Below, piece by piece: positions 43,491-53,653 of a stretch of 64,000 nucleotides of DNA. The notes beneath the pieces were generated by a model. That model saw nothing but the letters and a program-made list of their open reading frames with translations. It was not told the DNA's origin and did no database searches. The translations under genes were made by a program, and so were the position numbers. How positions within the stretch are numbered: position 1 is the first letter of the stretch; every line of letters begins with the position of its first letter. The DNA is from an uncultured Spirochaetota bacterium (GTDB lineage: Bacteria > Spirochaetota > Spirochaetia > SZUA-6 > Fen-1364): positions 288,001 to 352,000 of the forward strand of contig CAVTHO010000006.1 of assembly GCA_963734545.1 (NCBI GenBank). Direction: 5' to 3'.

Positions 43491-45476
43491 TCCGTCACCT
43501 CCCGCAGTAGCCGCATGATCTCTTCCTCCGCTATTTTCAGCTCCGCATCTATCTCCTCCAGCGGGCGCGGCGGGGTATACTTGTAGAAGTGACGGTTGAA
43601 GTTGATCTCGTAGCCTACTTTATCTTTGCTTCGATCCATCCAGGCATCGCGCACGTGCGGGAGCACCTCGCGCTCGAAGTAGGTGTCGATGTCGTCCTTC
43701 AGCGGTACGTTCTCGAAGTCGCGCAGGTCGGGGTCGGGCTCGTAACCGTCGTCGCGTCCACCCTTGGCAACCGGCTCAGCTTCGGGGTCCTTCTGCGTGA
43801 AGACGCTACGGAAGAGCTTCTGCTCGGTCGCCTTCCAGCGGGACTTGCGCTTGCTGAAGTAAGTCCTCAATGCGGCTCCACGCCGCGTTCCAGTCACATT
43901 GCGGCTCGCGGCCAAGTGCCTTATCGATGGCCTGAATGTCACCGAGCAGGTGCGGGTATGTGTCGAGGAAGCGAGTTTTGTCCTTGACGGTCATCTGATA
44001 GCACAGCCTCAGAGGCCGTTCGACTGTTACACGGGTGTAACCGAAGTCGGCATTGTCAAAGATCTTTGAGTTGTCGCCGTCGCAGAAACGGCCATAAAGC
44101 CTCACGATTTCCGCGATATCCTTGGAAGACATGTGGCGGCGCTTGTCGCCGAGGCTCCGCTTGGAATCCTCGCTGCCTCCTGGCTGCCACTTGGCGCGGG
44201 TATCGACGAGCAGAATCCTTCCCTTGCGGCGCTTTTCCTTTCGGTTGGTGACGATCCAGATGTATGTGCCGATGCCGGTATTATAGAACATCTGCTCCGG
44301 CAGGGCGATGATGGCTTCGAGCCAGTCGCTCTCTATGATCCACTTGCGGATGTCGCTTTCTCCCGAGCCCGCACCACCGGTGAAGAGGGGTGAGCCGCTG
44401 AAGACGATTGCAAGCCGCGAACCATACTTTTGCTGGTTGGGCAGGACTGGCTCGAATTTACTGATCATGTGCTGGAGGAAAAGGAGAGCACCGTCGTTGA
44501 CGCGTGGAAGGCCGGCGCCGAAGCGGCCGCCGAAGCCGAGCTTGTCGTGCTGCTGCTCGATCTCCTTCTGCTGCTTCTTCCAGTCCACGCCGAAGGGCGG
44601 GTTCGCGAGCAGGTAGTCGAAGGTATCACCTTCGAACTGGTCGTCAGTAAAGCTGTCGCCGAAACGCACGTTGTCGCCGCTGCCGTTGTGGTCCACCTGC
44701 TTCATGAGTATATCTGAGGCTGCGGTCGCAAACGCGCGCTTGTTGTAATCCTGGCCGTAGACGAAAAGTCTGGCTGCCGAGTGATGTTGGCGGAGGTAAT
44801 TCTGGGCTTCGGCGAGCATGCCACCCGTGCCGCAGGCTGGGTCTAGAAGCTTGCGCACGGTACCGGGCGTTGCGAGGAGCTTGTCGTCGTTAATGAACAG
44901 GATGTTCACCATCAACCGGATGACTTCGCGCGGCGTGAAGTGATCGCCGGCGGTCTCGTTGGCGAGTTCGTTGAAGCGCCTGATGAGGTTTTCGAAAATT
45001 AGCCCCATCTGCTCGTTCGGCACCGCGGCCGGATGCAAGTCGACGTCGCAGAACTTTGAAACCACTAGGTAGAGAATATCCGCCTCTCGCATCCTCTCAA
45101 TCTCGTTCTCGAACTCAAAATAGTCAAAAATAGTGCGGACATTGGCGGAGAAGCCCTTTATATAGCTGACCAAATGTCTCTCGATGTTGTCGGGGTCACC
45201 CTTCAGCTTCTCGAAGTCGAGCTGCGAGTGGTTATGTAAGCGCTGTCCGGCGGCCTTGTTCAGGAGCTTGTCGAGCGCATCGTTGTTGAGCCTGCCGCCC
45301 TTTCTCTTCTCGTACTCCGAGACGACCTTGGCTTTGGTCGGCGCGAGCACGCAGTCGAAGCGGCGAATCACGGTCATCGGGAGCATCACACGCTCGTATT
45401 GGGGCGGTCGATAGGGGCCGCGTAGCAGGTCGGCGATCTGCCAGATGAGGTTCGCGAAATAGTTGTGGTCAGGCAT
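43487..45476 (-). CDS. hsdM: Type I R-M N6-adenine methyltransferase subunit M, frameshifted
   Basis: HFTPREVI, DPACGTGGML, NPPF, MFYNTGI, GYEINFNRHFY. Confidence 0.93.
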
Positions 45477-45495
45477 CAGTCACCCCAGCCTAACG

Positions 45496-45762
45496 TTATC
45501 TGATATGTGCCATTTCGCGCCCGGTCTGCGGCGTTCCTGGCAACCCTGCGCCTTCATTGCTGTTTTGCTTCCGGCGGTTGTTGTCATTCCGGCCAGCACT
45601 ACCTGTATGCACCCACTTGTCGACTTCTGATATTTTGAACTTCCACAGCCTACCCACTCGGTGAGCAGGCAATCGTTTGCTCTCGATCCACCGGTAGACA
45701 GAATCCTTCGCGACGCCAAGATGATTCGCGACTTCGTCAACCGAAACCCAAAACTCTTGCAT
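45496..45762 (-). CDS. Excisionase-like HTH DNA-binding protein
   Basis: SVDEVA.HLGV.KDSVYRWI....LPAHRVGRLWKF..SEVD.W. Confidence 0.85.
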   Translation of the reverse strand: MQEFWVSVDEVANHLGVAKDSVYRWIESKRLPAHRVGRLWKFKISEVDKWVHTGSAGRNDNNRRKQNSNEGAGLPGTPQTGREMAHIR

Positions 45763-45927
45763 TGTCTTTCCTTTAAAAGCGCTCTGTCCAGTAAGGCTTT
45801 CGGCTTAAGCCTATATTAGAAACTATCACGGTCTATGAGGATGCACAAGAGCAGATATAAGTGGGTAAGAATCGGCGTCATTAATCGCTTACATGAAAAT
45901 TGATTCGCACTTTCTTTAGCGACATAA

Positions 45928-46126
45928 AAACTGGCATCGTGCAAGAGAAACAGGATTGGCACCCAAGTATGCTTGTTTTCTTGATGACCCCCCCCGGGCC
46001 AGAGACTCGCGGCGTCCCTGCCGCGTGTCTCTGGCCCTCTTCAGAGGAGCGCCCCAACACGGACGTTGGGGCGCGTCGGCACGCGGTCGGCCCCGACCGA
46101 TCCTCGGAAGAGACCACCGGGTCGCG
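45928..46126 (-). repeat. Inverted repeat B; partner at about 36764-36962
   Basis: Near-identical reverse complement containing two GC-rich hairpins and a G/C run. Confidence 0.92.
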
Positions 46127-46149
46127 GATCGGTCGAAGAGACGCCAGTC

Positions 46150-46495
46150 TCACGCACGGGCAAGTATCCCCCTCACCGTGTTGGCTTGCCAGACGCCGTT
46201 CTGCTTGGTCGGGATGAGCTTCAGGTTGAGATTGCCGGCGATCTCCCGCAGAGACAGCCCGCCGGCGCGGTACTGCCGCATCATTCGGATCGCCGCTTGC
46301 TCGGCGCTCGTTCTTCACGAGCTGGTGGTTCAGGTAGTCGAAGCCGAAGGGCAGTTGGCCGGTCCGCTTGCGCCCGTTCCCGTTCCGCGGGATGCCGAAT
46401 CGGTCCAGAGCCTCCAGCACCCCCGCGTGGCTCACGCCGACCAGCCGCTCGATCTCGCGGGCGGATAGGTGCTCGCTCGTGTAGAGCCGCTCCAA
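46150..46495 (-). CDS. Small HTH + Recombinase-type DNA-binding domain protein lacking a catalytic domain, frameshifted
   Basis: LSAREI..LVGVSH..V, GQLPFGF, EQAAI..M...R..GLSLREIA..LN...IPTK..G.W...TV..IL. Confidence 0.65.
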
Positions 46496-47036
46496 GGCAG
46501 GCCCTTGCTTCGCAAGGAGCAGACGGGCGGCAGCGGGATAAGGCCCTCAATCAGCGCGGGAGCGCGACCGTGCCCGTTTGCTTTCTGTTGGGCCGGGGGA
46601 GACGAGACCGACTCGAACAGGCCTCTCAAACGGCGAGCAGAGCGGGGATTTCCTCGATCTTGTGCTCGTAGCAGTAGGTTCGAAGCTCGTCCAATAGGGG
46701 GAGCGACGGCGAACGGTACGCGAACTGGCTCTTTCAGGCAAACACCTGAGAGAGCCAGTTTCATTTCCGCGTCCATCAGAAGCAGCCTTGAGATCAGCCC
46801 GTGGATGCCCAGCTTGAGGGCTTCCCCGGTTTGATCGAGCACTTTCCGAAGGCTGTATCGGGTGAACTGATCCTCCCGGTGCTTCAGGATGGATTCGGCC
46901 TGACCAATGGCATCGAGGACGAACGTCTATTTCTCTTCGAGCCCCTTCTTGCGCTGCCCCGCAAACTTCGGACCAGGGAGTGCCATTGCCCGGATGCGGG
47001 TGCCGAGCACGTACAGTTCTCCGTGGATCTCACGGC

Positions 47037-47828
47037 TCACTCCAGCCGGCCGGTCACAGCGCCGAGGACCAGGACCATCAGCATGACGCCTTCCACCCCG
47101 TGGATGATGACGGACATCCAGTTCGACCGGAACACTCTGGACGGCAGAGCGATGAGAATGCCGCTGATCAGGATAATCGGGATATACGAAGCCTTGTGCA
47201 CGTGGTAGGCCGCAAAGAGGCAGGCATTTGCGAGCCAGTCGAAGCGGCCGAAGACGCCGTTCATCCTCGGAAGCAGGATACCGCGGAAGAGCAGCTCTTC
47301 CCCGAGCAGATAGTTGAAGAGGCAGCTCACCAGCGCGAGACCGACCAGCCACCACGCTCCGAGGAATTGGGGGCTCAGGAGGCCCGAGATCTCGGCGTAT
47401 GCGGGCGTTGCGAGCCCCGGCGCGAGCCTGAGGACAGCCGCCCGAAGCGGTTCCAGGACGCCGGTCTGGCCGAGAGCGAATCCGTAGACGATGACCGGAA
47501 TGACCCAGAGGAAGAGGATGGGCCGGCGCCGCCCCGACTGCGGGTCGGTGGGCACCTTGAGCCAGAGCCGTTTCTTGAGGTTCTCCCAGGTGAGCGGCCG
47601 GACCTCGCGCCGAATCAGGAGCGCCGAGACGACGAACTGCCAGGCCATGCCGAGGACCATCATGACCCAGAAGAAGATGCCGGGGTGAAGCGTCTCCGGC
47701 AGCCGGGGCAGGGCGAGGGGCACCACCACGTAGCGGAAGAGACCCATTGGGGCGGTCACGGCGAGCCAGATCCCCAGGATCTTCGGAAGGGTGTACTGCG
47801 GCTGTTCCACGGCTCGATTGCTGTTCAT
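47037..47828 (-). CDS. CPBP (Abi/CAAX) intramembrane metalloprotease
   Basis: EELLFRG, FAAYH, IIHG motifs, multiple TM helices. Confidence 0.88.
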   Translation of the reverse strand: MNSNRAVEQPQYTLPKILGIWLAVTAPMGLFRYVVVPLALPRLPETLHPGIFFWVMMVLGMAWQFVVSALLIRREVRPLTWENLKKRLWLKVPTDPQSGRRRPILFLWVIPVIVYGFALGQTGVLEPLRAAVLRLAPGLATPAYAEISGLLSPQFLGAWWLVGLALVSCLFNYLLGEELLFRGILLPRMNGVFGRFDWLANACLFAAYHVHKASYIPIILISGILIALPSRVFRSNWMSVIIHGVEGVMLMVLVLGAVTGRLE

Positions 47829-47906
47829 AGGAGCCTCCATGGCGAGAGGATAGGAGGCCTCCGGGGAGAAGACCATCGACCGAAGGGTGGATTCGGCCCG
47901 CGGGGC

Positions 47907-47924
47907 CATCGATCAACCGGTTGA
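47907..47924. promoter_or_regulatory. Putative LuxR-type operator, copy 1
   Basis: CATCGATCAACCGGTTGA; near-copies at 50106-50123 and 50138-50155. Confidence 0.65.
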
Positions 47925-47973
47925 ACCGCTCCGGCGGCCCTTCGGGCCGTCCTCGCGGCCTGCTGGTTGCTGC

Positions 47974-48903
47974 CTACGAGCGGGTCAAGTTGAAGAGCTC
48001 GTAGCGGCTTTTCGTTCCGGTCTTTTCGTAGATGCTGTGGAGGTGAGTCTTTACCGTGGCGAGGCTCACGAAGAGCTTCTCGGCGATCTCCCGGTTGGAG
48101 AGCCCCTTGTTGAGGAGGGGGATGACTTCGCGTTCCCGGGGAGATAACCCGTACTGGTCGACAAAGGTCGGGCCCACAGCGGGAGGCGCCTGCCAGTCCG
48201 CCAGGACATAGGTGCCGAAGTAGTACATCAGGATCCCACCAAAGAGCAGGTGTGGGACGGAGGCCACCATGAAGGAGCTCCCGGCCGGCGTCAACGGAAG
48301 CTCGCGCGCCCCCGCGAGGTATTGGATCATCCCCCAGACATCCGAGAGAAAGGCCACGAGCCCGAAGAGGATCAGAGACCAGATGAGAACGAGCTCACGA
48401 ACCGGGCGGTCCCTCTTCTGACCGGTCAACCCGACGACGAGCAGGTAGGCGAACAACGCAAGGAGCAGGAAGAAGGAGGCGCTCCCGAGGGCAGTGAACC
48501 GCATGGTGGCGCGTGTAAGATCGACGATCCTGGAGCCGGGCAGGAGGCTGAGGATCAGGCCGACCGCATACGCGCCGACCACGATCCGATCGCGCAGCCT
48601 TTGTCCCTTCTCGACGAAGAGCCGGTGGAAGTACAGCGTCCCGATGCACATGAACACCGCGTTGAGCACGTTTCCGATCGTGTGCGTTGCAAGGAAGACA
48701 TCGACGGAAACGGGATGCACGTTCAGGTAGAGGTACTGTTCGACGGCGATGACGGAGATCCTCACCGTCAGTGTGCCGTAGAAGCCGATGAGCAGCCAGT
48801 ACGCTCCGATCCGGGACCTGATTGTGCCGAGGAGGGACACCGCAACGGCGATGAACCCGGTGAGGGCAACGACGACGTAGTAGACGATCATCGCGTGGGG
48901 CAC
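47974..48903 (-). CDS. Membrane-anchored LuxR-family regulator
   Basis: About 7 TM segments then LSPREREV..GLSNREIA.KLFVS.ATVKTHL. Confidence 0.88.
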   Translation of the reverse strand: MPHAMIVYYVVVALTGFIAVAVSLLGTIRSRIGAYWLLIGFYGTLTVRISVIAVEQYLYLNVHPVSVDVFLATHTIGNVLNAVFMCIGTLYFHRLFVEKGQRLRDRIVVGAYAVGLILSLLPGSRIVDLTRATMRFTALGSASFFLLLALFAYLLVVGLTGQKRDRPVRELVLIWSLILFGLVAFLSDVWGMIQYLAGARELPLTPAGSSFMVASVPHLLFGGILMYYFGTYVLADWQAPPAVGPTFVDQYGLSPREREVIPLLNKGLSNREIAEKLFVSLATVKTHLHSIYEKTGTKSRYELFNLTRS

Positions 48904-49018
48904 TGCACTAATCTATGCACCGCGATGGCTTCCGTTCAAGTGGAAACGCGGGGCACCGGGGCGCTCGGCGGAGACGGGCCTGCAGCCGTCATGAGCAAAT
49001 GCAGGCTGAGGGTTATCG

Positions 49019-49054
49019 AAAAAAGAGGTCGCCCACGAGCCTGCGGGCGACCTC
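49019..49054 (-). terminator. Rho-independent terminator
   Basis: GAGGTCGCCCGC..GTGGGCGACCTC hairpin followed by a T-run on the minus strand. Confidence 0.7.
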
Positions 49055-49095
49055 AAGACAGCTATGGTAGCGAATGCTCGCCTGATTCTTTCGCC

Positions 49096-50021
49096 TTAGA
49101 ACTGTATGCCGACAAACACCCCGGGCCAGAAGCGCCGCTCTTTGCTGCTGAAGCCGAACTCGTATCCGTGAAGGGGTGGAGGGTGATGCTGGTGGCGTTT
49201 GTATTGCTCATGTAGTTGAAGGAAACCCCGCCGATAAGCGAAAAGAAAGAGAAGTTGTATCCCAGGTAGACCCTGGCTCGAAAAAGGCTCTCATACTCTA
49301 CGGCGATAGCATCCCGGGGGGAGACCACGCTGTAGATCCCCTCGACGTTGAGAAACACCTTGTCCAGGGGGATATGAACTCCCATACCAAGTCCAGCGGT
49401 CAGATCTTTGCCCTGGCTGTCCACGCCCACTGTGTAGATGTTGTAGACGGTCTTCGTCCCGTGTATCAGGGCCAGATTCGTCAATCCCATTTCATCGTAC
49501 CAGGATTGCGCATGGGTCTGTCCGTTCTTGAGCACAATACTGACCAGTCCTATGGGTATGCCGTCATTTTCTTCCGCGACATTGACCACACCCAGTTGAA
49601 CGCCTCTGGCGCTCTTGCTGATATTCACCACTCCGGCCTGGGCAAAGGGCGTGCTTTTTGCATAGTTGAGCACCCCAGCCTGAGCGCCATTCGCCGTGCC
49701 TAAGACTGTGTTGACCACACCGGCCTGGACTCCGGTGAGATCCCCGGACACCCAGTTAGCCACCCCGGCTTGAACTCCCCCTGCATCTTCTCCGATGATG
49801 CTGACCACCCCGAGGGCCGCTCCTCTGAGCACATCGGCGTATCCGGCCACGACGTTCAGTTGTACGATGTTGATCGTCTTGTTTCCGGCGGCCTGCCCAA
49901 AGCTGATCATGGGAACCAGGGAAAGATTGACCGGTACCACAGCGTAGCTGTCCTCCGCGATCACCGTTGTGGATGCCACCGCTGCGAGAAGCAGTACCAA
50001 TAGAAAACCTCTCTTGTTCAT
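49096..50021 (-). CDS. Secreted surface-repeat protein (LA_2272-like G.Q.G.VN repeats) with beta-rich C-terminus, frameshift near 3' end
   Basis: Signal peptide; repeated GVQAGVAN/GVQAGVVN/GAQAGVLN; alternative frame ends GIQF*. Confidence 0.65.
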
Positions 50022-50105
50022 TGTCCTCTCCTTGTTCTGATGAGTTTGTTGTCTATCTCCTACAGAGATCTGTGCCAATAGAAACCCGAAACGGGTGTCG
50101 AAAGA

Positions 50106-50155
50106 CATCGATCAACGGATTGAGAAGGGCGCCGGAGCATCGATCAACGGGTTGA
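50106..50155. promoter_or_regulatory. Putative LuxR-type operator, copies 2 and 3
   Basis: CATCGATCAACGGATTGA and CATCGATCAACGGGTTGA, 32 bp apart. Confidence 0.65.
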
Positions 50156-50231
50156 TTCGTGCACTTCGCGTAGGAGATGTGGCGTCGTTTGACGGCGGGG
50201 CGCTTTGTGGATGGAGCACGGAACGCTTGAG

Positions 50232-50276
50232 CGCCGTACGGCAGGTGAGCACAGACGACTAATCGGGACGCGCCCG
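50232..50276 (+). repeat. Degenerate third copy of the xdh 3' end/spacer
   Basis: CGCCGTACgGCAGGTGAGcACAgaCGAcTaATCGGGACgCGcCCG matches about 30328-30372. Confidence 0.7.
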
Positions 50277-50281
50277 CGGGC

Positions 50282-51148
50282 TTACCCCTTCACGGCTCCG
50301 AAGGTCAGCCCCCGCACCAGGTATTTCTGGAAGAAGAGGGTCAGGATGACTCCCGGGAGGATGGCGATCAGGGACAACGCCGAGATCTCCCCCCAGGGGA
50401 TCTCGTGCCCTCCGGTCATGCCTGCAAGCGTAATGGGAAGGGTCACCGCATGTGAGCGTGTGAAGATGAGCGCGAACAGGAACTCGTTCCAGGAAAAAAT
50501 GAAGACGAAGAGGGCCGTGACCGCAATGCCCGGAACGGCAAGGGGAAGGACGTATTTGCGGAACGCATGGAACCTCGAGTATCCGTCCAGAAGCGCGGCA
50601 TTTTCTATTCCCTGGGGAATGTCCTCGAAGAAGCCTTTCATGATCCAGACGGCAAAGGGCATGTTGATGAGGATGTAGGAAAGGAAGAGAACAGGGTACG
50701 TGTCGAGTACCTTCAGCGTCTTCCAGATCATGAACAGCGGCATGGTGGCGATGACGGGAGGGGCGAACAGGAGCGAGAGAACGAAGAAGCTCATGTTGTC
50801 CCCGCCCACCTTGAAGCGCCCCATGCTGTAGGCCAGGAGGACGCCGAAGCCTATCACCAGGACGGTATTGGCGAGCGCGACGACCAGGCTGGAAACCAGA
50901 GCCTCTGCGCCGCCAAAGGTCGTCAACCCCCTGACGAAGTTTTCGAAATCGAAGTGGCTCGGCCAGAAGATCGGCGGATAATGGTAGAACTCCCCTTCCA
51001 CCTTGAACGCGCCGACCGCGATCCAGTACACGGGGAACAGGAAGATGACGAAGAAGATGAGGATGAGGAGGAAGCGCAGCACCGTGAAGAGCGTGCGGAT
51101 GCGCTTCCGCCGGGCGAGCTCTTCCCTGTTCAAGGCGATCGTGTTCAT
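50282..51148 (-). CDS. Carbohydrate ABC transporter permease
   Basis: IP..IENAALLDG, FIFSWNEF, QKYLVRGLT.GAVKG. Confidence 0.92.
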   Translation of the reverse strand: MNTIALNREELARRKRIRTLFTVLRFLLILIFFVIFLFPVYWIAVGAFKVEGEFYHYPPIFWPSHFDFENFVRGLTTFGGAEALVSSLVVALANTVLVIGFGVLLAYSMGRFKVGGDNMSFFVLSLLFAPPVIATMPLFMIWKTLKVLDTYPVLFLSYILINMPFAVWIMKGFFEDIPQGIENAALLDGYSRFHAFRKYVLPLAVPGIAVTALFVFIFSWNEFLFALIFTRSHAVTLPITLAGMTGGHEIPWGEISALSLIAILPGVILTLFFQKYLVRGLTFGAVKG

Positions 51149-52053
51149 GACTCCTTGCCCTCCCTGCGATTCATGACAATGCCGATGAAGAGCTTGGCGA
51201 TGACCGTGATGATGATGAGCTGGACCACCGCGATGGCGGCCGACATGCCCACGTTGAAGCTCTTGAACCCCATGATATACGTGAGAACGCTGAGAGTTTC
51301 AGTCGATACTCCGGGGCCGCCGCCGGTGAGGATCTGGACCGGGTCGAAAATCTTGAAGATGAAGATGATCCTCAGGAGGACGACCAGCGTGAACATGGGC
51401 CGCAGGAGCGGCATGGTCACGCGCCAGAGGGTCTCGCGGGCGGATGAGCCGTCGACGCTGGAGGCTTCGTAGACCTGCTTGGGAATGGCGGAGAGACCGG
51501 CCAGAAGGACGACCATGACGAAGGGCGTCCACTGCCAGGTGTCCATGATGAGAATCGAGGCCATTGCGAGAAGCGGCTTGGCCAGCCATGCCGGGGGAGT
51601 TACTCCGAAGAAGCTCAGCAGGTAGTTGAGCGGTCCGAACCGGTTGTCCAGGATGATCTTCCATTCGAAGCCCGCGACCACCGGGGTGATCATGACGGGG
51701 ATCAGGAACAGGGCGACGATGACCCTGCTGCCGGGGAACTTCTTGTTGAGGAGGAGGGCCAGGACCAGGGCGAGGAACGACTGAACCGGGATGCCGATCA
51801 CCATGATGATCATGCTGTTCAGGAAAGCGTTCCAGAACCGGCCGTCAGTGAACAGGTTCCCGTAGTTCTCGAACCACGCGAAGCGCGGCGGCATGGGTGT
51901 GGCCAGGGTTTTCACGAAAAAGCTGTTGAACAGCATGTAGGCCAGGGGACCGACGACAAGGAGGATGAGAACGACCATGCCGGGGAGCGCCACGAGGCGC
52001 GCAAAGCGCTTCTGGCTCTTCTCAAGAGTGAGGATGTTTTCCAAGCTCGCCAT
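51145..52053 (-). CDS. Carbohydrate ABC transporter permease
   Basis: WQWTPF, YEAS.VDG, LTGGGPG..TETL. Confidence 0.92.
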   Translation of the reverse strand: MASLENILTLEKSQKRFARLVALPGMVVLILLVVGPLAYMLFNSFFVKTLATPMPPRFAWFENYGNLFTDGRFWNAFLNSMIIMVIGIPVQSFLALVLALLLNKKFPGSRVIVALFLIPVMITPVVAGFEWKIILDNRFGPLNYLLSFFGVTPPAWLAKPLLAMASILIMDTWQWTPFVMVVLLAGLSAIPKQVYEASSVDGSSARETLWRVTMPLLRPMFTLVVLLRIIFIFKIFDPVQILTGGGPGVSTETLSVLTYIMGFKSFNVGMSAAIAVVQLIIITVIAKLFIGIVMNRREGKES

Positions 52054-52132
52054 AGCCGATCTCCCCCCCGCAAGGGCGCCGCTCACGCCGTCCCTGGCTG
52101 CGGTGCCCCTCGCCATCCTTGGCTAGGAAAGA

Positions 52133-52162
52133 GAGCCCGCCGCCGAGGCGGCGGGCTTTTTT
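52133..52162. terminator. Stem-loop between SBP and permease genes
   Basis: AGCCCGCCGCC-GA-GGCGGCGGGCT flanked by T/A runs. Confidence 0.65.
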
Positions 52163-52175
52163 CCGTCCTTCGAAT

Positions 52176-53615
52176 CTAGTCCTTCCAGAACCCGTGCTTC
52201 TTCCACATTTCGAGCATTGAGTTGTAGATCTTCTTCTGCTTCGCCGCGTCGAGGTTCTGCGTGATCTTGTCCCACGACGCCGCGGCCGTGTTGAGCGCCT
52301 TGGCCGGGTCAGCGGTGCCTGACAGCGCGCTTGTCACCGCTACATCCAGGGCATCCAGGTAATCGGCGGAGCCGGGGATGTTGATGTCGGGGAAGATGTG
52401 GTTGAGGTTGTCACCGACTGCATCGAGGTATTCCTTGGCGTCCGCCGCGGATCCGAACTTCTCCCATGCCTTGATGTTCTTGAAATGAGAGATGCGGTAA
52501 GGATCCTCACCTGCGTCATTCGACGTGACGGCCTTGATGCTTTCGTCATTGCTGAGCATGGATGCCACCCAGAAGGCCTCCTTGGGATGCTTGGTGGTCG
52601 TGGGGATGCCGAGGACGCGGCCGACAGGCGCGGCGGCGCGGAAGTAGATGGACCCGTCCGCCTGCTTCACGCCGGGTACCTGGGAAACGCCCGCGTTGTG
52701 GAGGATGAACTTCGTGGAGAACTTGGGGTCATTGGCCTTCTTCCAGACGTCGGACCACTGGATCATCGTGGCAACGCGGCCCTGGAGATATGCGTTCATC
52801 AGCTCCGTGTACCCGAAGCTCATGACGTCGGGAGGGCAGTACGGCATGAGGTTTTTCAGGATGTTGATGGCCTGGACTCCCGCCGGGGAGTTGATCTGGG
52901 GCTTCATGTTCCTGTCGAAGTAGGCGCCGCCGAGAGACCCGAAGACGTTGCTCCACCAGGCATACGCGAAGCCGCGCGCCCCGAGGAACGCAAAGCCGTA
53001 GAAGTCCTGGTCCAGCGTCTTGCCCGCCAGCATCTCGCCCTTCTTGCGCGTGAAGAACTGCGCGACCTTGGCCAGGTCATCCCAGGTCCTGGGCACCGCG
53101 AGATTCTGGCCGAACTTCGCCTTGAACGCCGTCTTCTCCGCCGCGTTTGAGAAGATGCTCTTCGCGTAGTACAGGTTCAGGATATCTCCGTCGTAGGGCA
53201 GGGCGTACGTCTTGCCGTTGTACATGTCATAGAGGTCGCGGTACGCGGGGATCACGTCACCCATCATGGGATCATGGACGGAGAACAGCGGGTCCAGCGG
53301 CTGGAGGTAGCCGAACTCGGCGAACTCGCCGACGTACGGGGGGTAGAAGATGACCACGTCGTACGCGCCCGTGCCGCCGACGAACTCGGTCTTCAGCTTC
53401 TCATAGACCGAGGTGAACGGAACGCCCACAACATCGATGGTGATTCCCCTCGCGGCTGCCAGGGGCTTCAGCCACTCCACCGGGTTGAGGTTCTGGCCCT
53501 CGTCACCATAGACCGTGATCGTCACCTTGGCCTGGGAGAACACCGGCAGGGCGGCGATCATGAGCGCGGCGACAAGGATCAGGAAGAACTTCTTAGTGCC
53601 GATCATACTCATCAC
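52176..53615 (-). CDS. Carbohydrate ABC substrate-binding protein
   Basis: Signal peptide, YNGKTYALPYDGD, VPRTWDDL, PQINSP. Confidence 0.9.
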   Translation of the reverse strand: MMSMIGTKKFFLILVAALMIAALPVFSQAKVTITVYGDEGQNLNPVEWLKPLAAARGITIDVVGVPFTSVYEKLKTEFVGGTGAYDVVIFYPPYVGEFAEFGYLQPLDPLFSVHDPMMGDVIPAYRDLYDMYNGKTYALPYDGDILNLYYAKSIFSNAAEKTAFKAKFGQNLAVPRTWDDLAKVAQFFTRKKGEMLAGKTLDQDFYGFAFLGARGFAYAWWSNVFGSLGGAYFDRNMKPQINSPAGVQAINILKNLMPYCPPDVMSFGYTELMNAYLQGRVATMIQWSDVWKKANDPKFSTKFILHNAGVSQVPGVKQADGSIYFRAAAPVGRVLGIPTTTKHPKEAFWVASMLSNDESIKAVTSNDAGEDPYRISHFKNIKAWEKFGSAADAKEYLDAVGDNLNHIFPDINIPGSADYLDALDVAVTSALSGTADPAKALNTAAASWDKITQNLDAAKQKKIYNSMLEMWKKHGFWKD

Positions 53616-53653
53616 CTCCTAAGAATGTTGAGTCTCACTCGACGAACGTCGAG

